Source: Paraspadella gotoi (lineage: Eukaryota > Animalia > Chaetognatha). Taken from it: a stretch of 64,000 bases of DNA. The DNA lies in contig CM119265.1 in assembly GCA_051294375.1 (NCBI GenBank), forward strand, positions 15,414,963 to 15,478,962, read 5' to 3'. Of the stretch, positions 57,801 through 64,000 are shown piece after piece (the stretch's first letter is position 1; each line of letters begins with the position of its first letter). The position numbers were made by a program, and so were the translations under genes. The notes under the pieces were generated by a model. It saw only the letters and a program-made list of their open reading frames with translations. It was not told where the DNA came from and made no database searches.

Positions 57801-58263
57801 TTCGGTCGTCGACTTTCGACAATAAAATCATGAGTGACGCGTAGGTTGCCACGAGATCAAGGTAATTCTTGGTAAGGTCGTAGTTAACGGTTATGTCAAA
57901 TTTGCTCTGACAAGCGTCGATGGTAGTCAGCAACTCGACAACATGATCCTTAAAGTCCAGGAGGTCGACGAAAGTGTAATAGTAAAGCGAGAGGGCTTTG
58001 ATCACTTCTCCCTTAATGTTGTTAACTGGGTGAAGTTCCTTTGAATGCGATTTGATTTCCATAATGGGAAATTTTTTAACGATCAGCTTTATCGCACCTT
58101 CGAGCGACTTGTCGCTAAGAAAGCTAGGTTTCGATTTAGCGTCGCCACAGGCTTTCTTAATGTTGTAGACCCTCGTTAGCATTCCGATCCCCCGATCGTT
58201 GAGAATTGTCAGCCGCTCGGACAGCTTTTGCTGACTTGGGTTCAAAGCACGTGCCATCGACAT
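54826..58263 (-). CDS. NCKAP1: Nck-associated protein 1 (Nap1/Hem/Kette; WAVE regulatory complex), single coding exon
   Basis: Uninterrupted ORF of about 1145 aa: [29 protein letters not shown].., [25 protein letters not shown], ..[27 protein letters not shown]. The likely start is ATG 58263 or 58257. Confidence 0.97.
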   Translation of the reverse strand: MSMARALNPSQQKLSERLTILNDRGIGMLTRVYNIKKACGDAKSKPSFLSDKSLEGAIKLIVKKFPIMEIKSHSKELHPVNNIKGEVIKALSLYYYTFVDLLDFKDHVVELLTTIDACQSKFDITVNYDLTKNYLDLVATYASLMILLSKVDDRKAVLGLFNHAHEMMHGTGDPAFPRLGQMIVEYDPPLKRMCEEFVPHAKLVVQALLSLQYVYPRRNLHAEEWRKAQLLSLVTTSATLLNPAQSPTIPCEYLSLDIMERWIILGFLLCHQHLNQQVAMDLFKMVCQSSWVLMLYRDEVIKIHSFVTSFFEGIRGYRKKVDEIKECYNHALQHAHLLHRERRKFLRTALKELALVFTDQPGLLGPKSLYVFMGMAFARDEVHWLVRHQDSLASLKDKRPKPDLEDRLLPELLFHVEELRALVRKYNQVLQRYYVQYLSGYDASRLNHLTQNMSVLPEDESILLSSFYSTMTGLSVKQVEDNELFDFRGLRLDWFRLQAYTSVQRSPLQLTDHKELAHLMNTIAFHSKMVDFLDEMLNETSDMSFFCFYYKQFEHQFQMCLEFPAQTRYAVAFPLICSHFMNCTHELCPEERHHIGDRSLSCVNNFLDEMAKEAKQIITNICVEQCDLSHQLRPKNCAAEIAQQVNKRRRENRPGRGNMKPLSEEEKPGVESKRKTREEFTKMDKLHMALTELCYAINYCSTISIWEHTFAPREYLSQHLESRFAKSLVTMVMYNPETNEIGKPTELLQSVRAYMNVLQSLENYVHIDITRVFNNVLLQQTQPLDSHGEKTITFLYANWYLEVLLRRVSAGHIVFSPFHKAFVSLSTEGQLPFSAEEFSDLNELRALAELIGPYGMKYLSENLMWHISSQVGELKKLVEQNRTTLTEIRESFDKPEVMKELIRHLQNVDSVLQRTTIIGVILCFRSLAQEALQDVLDKRIPFLMTSIKDFQQHMPKTQDAAIANIRSQVGIDIVNEMASAAGLSCDVDPALCSAMRNQAKDSNPEDEYMTACLLMVFIAVSIPRLARMENSQYKPSLEAHANNAHCLAKAINALAAALFTVCGNGDTEERLKEFLALASSSLLKLGLETIDKEAVRHRESIYILLDTIVQESPFLTMDLLESCFPYVLLRNAYHAVYRQGGINPV

Positions 58264-59379
58264 TTTCCAGGTTGTATGCAAAAAATTTATTCCGTTATTC
58301 TATTTTTAAAGTAGTTTTTGCATGATTTTTTTCTCTGAAAAGTTAATTCATAATGTCATAAAGCAAACAATCGATTTTCAAAAACATGAGAAATTAATAG
58401 AACTAATAGAAACGAATGTTAAGAATAAATAACTATGGCCGCTGATGAACGGTTGGTGGATTTTAGTCCACCATATAACAATATTTTGCGCGGATACTTA
58501 TGATTATGGTTTTATGTGGATTTAAAATTTTATTAGTCGTTAAAATGTTAGATCCATATCATTTTTTATCTTGCAGTTTTCCTTATTACATTAATTCTAA
58601 TGCGTGCAAAAAATGTTTAATTAAGTCTCAATATTTTTTGTCCGTAACGTAATTGGCTTTGCCGAACGATTTCTCTCCGTGCGATTTGAATCGAATCAAC
58701 GGAACATGTTTAACTTAAACAACGTCGAATTAACTTACAAGTTGTCTATAGTATATTTATTTTTAATTGAGGAAAGAGAGAAACCGAAATGGTCTTGAGT
58801 CCAGATAATTTTTCGAGTTCCTCCATTTTATTCCTTAACTTCCTTCACTTGTTTACTAAATTTTTTTCTCACCCTCCTGCCATCAAGCGGCGACTTACTT
58901 AATCTTATTCCAATTCAGAAATCAAATTTACCAGGCAGTGACATTGTATTTAATATATTTATAAGTTTGCTGGTGTTAGTTAAATACAGGGGCATATTTC
59001 AATTATGTTTCTGTTAATTGACGACAAATTTGATGGGCTAATATATATTAACCGATTAATATAATAAAGATCTGAATTTAATATTTTTATTTTTGGAGGA
59101 ATTTTCAGACAGAATTATCATCAAAATATTCCTTCTAAAATTTGAAAATTGAATATTGAATATTGAAAATTGATCGTCAATTGCCCAACATAACCTAAAA
59201 AATATTAAGAAAATTTTTTGTAAGATTTTCAGTTTCAATAGTTAAGAAGAAATCGTTTAAAATTACGATTAAATCATTAACGAGAATCGAGGAACCACCA
59301 GCGATGCTTTGTAGAAGTAGAACTTTGTAGAGCAGGACATATATAGTTTACATCATATAATAACCAACTTGTAATACAA

Positions 59380-59660
59380 GTAACCTGGAATCTTTCGTTT
59401 CCGTTTGCGAGGAGCGAACCTTGGCGCTGCAGCATCCGCCGTGTCAGCCCGTGGCGGCAGCTGCAGCGTCGGCTGCGCTTCGGCCATCTTGTTGGAGCTC
59501 AAACCGAAGCCGCGGTCGGCGGTGCGATGGAGGCCAGGCGTTATGCATTGCGCGGCAACCAGGTCTTTAAGCTTTTTCTTTACAGGCACGGCCTATACAA
59601 AATAATAAACGGGTTACGCTCACGAACTCGACCGTAGATTGATAAATAAGATTGATTAAC
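59380..59660. promoter_or_regulatory. Probable bidirectional promoter/first-exon island between NCKAP1 and TIMELESS
   Basis: GC-rich island between head-to-head genes. YY1-like CAAGATGGC on the minus strand (~59484-59492) and a minus-strand CAG|GTTACT donor at ~59384. Confidence 0.45.
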
Positions 59661-62600
59661 ATGGATTCTAAATTTTTACTGGCTGAAGTCCAAGCTTGTT
59701 GCAGTTCTCTTGGATATCAAGACAATGGAGTTTATCACAGGGGAGAAGATCATCTTAATGCTATCAAGGTTTGGTGTGACGCAATTTTACTTTGCTACTT
59801 TTATTGCAACAGTCAAACTGAGCACCTGGGCTATTGCTAAGGGTTGTACAAAAGTTTTATCTTAATTTATTCGTTGCAGGATTTGATTCGCTACCTTCGG
59901 CGTGACGGAGAGATTTGCCAAATTCGTCGCGTTCTCGGCGAAGCGCGCGTGTTGCAAAACGATTTAGTCCCGATGCTGAAAAACTACAAGGACGATGCTA
60001 CCCTTTTCGACCTGATCGTTAGGCTCTTAGTCAATCTCACTCAGGTTCGATACCTTATAAATTTGGGCTGATCCGAATTGAAAAATTTTGTATCGTCGTT
60101 TTGCCCCTGAAGCCAGCGGAGTTGTGCTTTAACAACAAACCGCCAGAAGATAAAGAACTGCGCGTGTTCTACCTTCAAATAACGACTCATCTGCAGTCTT
60201 ACAAACAATTTTTCGCCCACGAGTCCTCCTTCTTCAACGTTATCACCAAGAAGCTCGTCGACTCCTTTAGTCGCGGATGGGAGGATCGCGAAGAGGAGGA
60301 TCGGCTACTCGTGGAGAGACTCCTCGTACTGATTAGAAACGTCGTCTCCATCCCTTCCGATCCCGAAGCAGAAAAGCGGACGGAAAATGACGTCAGCGTG
60401 CACGATTTGTTGTATTGGGCTATGCAGGTGACGTCTTGAGAAAGATTGTATTGGGCTATGCAGGTGACGTCTTGAGAAAGATTCACATTTAGTACGCCAT
60501 ACGAATTTCGAATCTTGCTTTCTCATTTTTCGAATCGCAGTCGTCTGGCCTCGAAAGCGTTTTTCTCTACATCTCCAGCACTTCAACCGAAGCTCAGTTC
60601 TGCCTCCACACCTTAGAAATAATAAACCAAGTATTGCGGGAACAGTCGCCTGCTCAATTAGCTTCCGCTGGTCAGCTTAGGACCGAAAAAGAGTTGGAGG
60701 AGGAAAGGTGAGAAGAAAATTAATGCTTATTATCACGTAGTTAACTTATTGTGAAAAACGGTTTTTCTTTACGCTTCAGCCAGGAACTCGAGGCCATTCG
60801 CCTTCGCGAGGCGGCCGTCAAACGCGCAAACGCGATGAAATATTCGGGTCGTCACTCTCGTTTCGGCGGCACCTTTACGATCGCCAACCTCAAGGGGATC
60901 GCTGACGCCGACGCCATCGTTCACAAATCCCTTAGCAAAATCCAAGGTAACGAATATTGACGGTAGAAAGGATTTCTTCACATGTTGTGACGTTCTCCCT
61001 TCTTTCTTTGCTACTAGGAAATCTGTGCTTCGACGAAGAGAAAAAACGACGCCGACGACCGAAGAATAAACTTCCGGTAGCTGATCGGGACGCCACCAGA
61101 AAATCTACGCAGGCAATTCGCGTTCTTCACCGCGACTTCTGCTCCAAGTTCCTCGATCACTGCTATAATCCCATGATGCGAACAGTGAGGTTGGAACGAC
61201 GAAAGATTTTAATTGCGTCGCGAGTACTCGCGGAGCAACTCTATAAGTCACTTTTCGGTCGGTCTGTCGGTCGGTATGTCTGTCCGTCGGTCTGTCCCAC
61301 TTACGTTAGAAATGCATATAGTTGGTTGCTCATTTGTTAAGACAGAAAAAACCTCAAATCTTAGGGACTGCTAGCGCTGCCTTCAGGAATTCCTAAAACT
61401 ATAAAGAATAAAAGATGGAATTTTGATTCCGTGCATGTCATAAATACATAGGCAAAACAATTTTTTAGTCATGTCATATCATCGAAAGGAAATACAGGTG
61501 AAAATAAAGTCACTGCGGCACAACATATTGGAATTACCGTTTTTGTTGCTTATTTATCAAATCGACATTATTGTATCGCTTTTGTCATCTCTTTCTGTTT
61601 TCGTTCCAGGGACGCCATACGTCACAAGAAGGGCGAGGAGAATGACGAGTCTTTTTACTTGTGGACGATGCGATTTTTCATGGAATTCAATCGTCTCTAC
61701 AATTTTGATGTGGGTCTTGTCTCGGAGACGCTGTCCATGCAAACTTTTCACCTCATTCAAGTGCATTTAACCGACTGCTACGAACGAATGATCACCGAAA
61801 AGCGGCAGGTTCAGGAGTCATTAGCATGGGGTCGGAGATTGCATCTTGCTTTAAAAGCCTATCAGGAATTGCTGCTCACAGTACACACCATGGGCAAATC
61901 CAAAGATCCTGTTTTGGTTAATAATAGGTGAGACGGCATATTTTACAGAAAACTTTATCAGTTAAAAGCAACTTTAAAGAATTAACGATCCTTCCTCTAT
62001 CCGTTTCGCAGCACGATTCTCAAAAACAACCTCTTTTACGTAATGGAATATCGCGATCTATTCGTCATGCTACTCAAAAAGTTCGATGATTCGCGCCTAT
62101 CCAAGTCGTTCCTTCGCGATCTCTTTGAAACAGCCCATGCCTTTGTAAAAATGTTAGAAGAACACTGTAAAGGCAACACACACACGATGGTACAAAAGAC
62201 TCAAGTCGTCGGGAGGAAAAAGAAACCCACGCCGAAAAGCGTTCATAGGTATGGTTAATTGGCATAACATGTTCTGTTAGAAGCATTCTTTGCTACTACC
62301 TTGATATTTAACTTTAATAGCACTTTGACCGAAGAGGAACTGGAACTGAAATGGTCCTCTATGCAATCGGAAATCGGCGAAGTTTTGAGCGGAACTCGGC
62401 CAATGGCAGACGACATTATTCCGTTCGACGCTGCTTCATCCGTCAGTGTAGAAGATCAAAAGACTCAAGTAAGCGAAGATGGAAAGAATAATCTTTACCT
62501 ATAACCTGAAACCTGCTTTCTAACCTTCATAGGCTATGAACCGAATTCAAGCGGCGCTCCGCGACAGACAGGTGGGCGAGGCGGTAGCGTTGTTTCGCGC

Positions 62601-64000
62601 TGCCCGCGGTGTTTGGCCAGAGGGTGACGCCTTTGGCTGCGTGGGATTAACGCCGGAAGAGGAGCTCCAGTCGCTGAAGCAGATTATGTTGGCCGACTTG
62701 TCTGACTTCGAAGACCAGACGTGTGATCAGCAGGAGGATGACGAAGACGAAGAAGAAGAAATCGCCCAGATGGTTCCTGTTGAGATCGAATTTAAATTCG
62801 AAGAATATCTCACGAAATTCGCCCGAGGAGAAGTAGTTAAGAATTGCTGCTTAGTTCTTAAGGACTACGCAACCAATTCGGCGTCCGTCAATCATGCTGT
62901 CGTCAAGTTGCTTCATCGTTTAAGTGTCGACATGAAACTTGCCGGGTTGCTTTATCATGTCAGCGCCTTAAAGATTTTTAAAACTATTCTTCACGATCCT
63001 GGAGCCCGGTCAAAACATTTACGAGAACTCTCTACGTTCTCCAAATTCCTAGTGCAAAAATTTTTTCAAGATTTGGAGAGGAATCCGTTGCTAGTGGTGG
63101 AAACGCTTTTTTGGAAGGATCTCAAGGAGGCCGTTGATGTCACCGAAGGCTACGGCTCTTATAGGGAGAGATCGAAGACGAAGAAGACCCTATGGACTGA
63201 AGAACAAGAAAACGAAATCCGCCTCTTATGGGAAGAGCACCGCAACAAGCTCGAGGAAGGGGCGGATGTTGCCGACCTCGTTCTCGAAAGTCTCAGCAAT
63301 CCCGGGGAAAAGACTCGCACCCAACTTGTTCGGCAAATGGTGCGAATGGGACTCTTGGGTTCCGCGAAAGACCTGAAGACGCGCGCGAAACCACGAAAAG
63401 CAAAAACGCCCAAACACGTGTGGCCAGAAACACTGAGCGAGGAATTAAAGATGTTGTACGAAAAGCATCGGGAAAACGAAGAGAATGATGAGTCGGGACT
63501 GGATGTCATAGACAAGATAATGCGAGATCTCACCGATGCCTCCCGGTCTCGCAAGGAGATTTTAATGCAACTGGCGGCAATGGACTTAATACAGGATCCA
63601 AATGCGTACCGTAAAAAGGGCGTCCGTCATATCGCATATTGGCGCCCTGAGCAAATCGATGAACTTCGCGAGTTGTGGGCTCGCTATGAGAATGCCATGA
63701 ATCCCTTAGATCGAATCAAAGAAGCTCTCGTCGCCAAAAGAAGTAAAAATATGCTTGCTTCCAAGTTATTAGAGCTGGGACTTATCGCCGACAAGAAGGC
63801 GCTTATGAATAAGGGGAAGGAAGAAAAGAAGAGGAAGAAAACTGATCCGTGGGAAAACGCCACGGATGAAGAGGACGTCGTAACCCCGCCAACCACGGAC
63901 GACGAAACCGTCCAAACTACCACCGTTGAACGGAAGAAGGTCAGTATGACAAGCCGGCAGCGAGATAGCGCTCGCGAAAAGCGTCGGTATGCCGTGTCCG
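59661..64000 (+). CDS. TIMELESS: TIMELESS / timeout (TIM2) replication fork protection protein, 3' end beyond window
   Basis: LAEVQACCSSLGY..K|DLIRYLRRD..RRVLGEARVLQNDL.., VRLLVNLTQP, RHSRFGGTF, YNPMMRTVR, WGRRLHLALKAYQELL, PFDAAS and LVVETLFWK. Multi-exon, with a long open last exon from ~62533. Confidence 0.93.

Overview
AT-rich, gene-dense eukaryotic DNA, most likely from an invertebrate bilaterian, with short GT-AG introns and many small transposable elements. Genes in order: the 3' end of an unidentified gene; a secreted C-type lectin-EGF-EGF-vWA protein; an LZTS/N4BP3-family coiled-coil gene; LANCL3; a divergent HAND-like bHLH (minus strand); NUPR1/p8; an unidentified acidic ORF; ABCF1; an A20/AN1 zinc-finger gene (ZFAND5/6-like); an intronless NCKAP1 (minus strand); and TIMELESS/timeout, which runs off the window. 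The standout is an intronless 805-aa gene nested in an LZTS intron. It encodes a protein kinase, an IRE1/RNase L-type KEN ribonuclease with intact catalytic residues, and a C-terminal Src-type SH2 domain. It has no signal peptide, transmembrane segment or ankyrin repeats, so it is a candidate phosphotyrosine-sensing kinase-RNase, and a near-perfect 81-nt hairpin lies upstream in the same intron. The window also holds Penelope-like retroelements and miniature fold-back derivatives carrying minimal hammerhead ribozymes, two non-autonomous LTR elements with tRNA primer-binding sites, MITEs and SINEs. All gene models were built by eye from the sequence, and no database searches were run.
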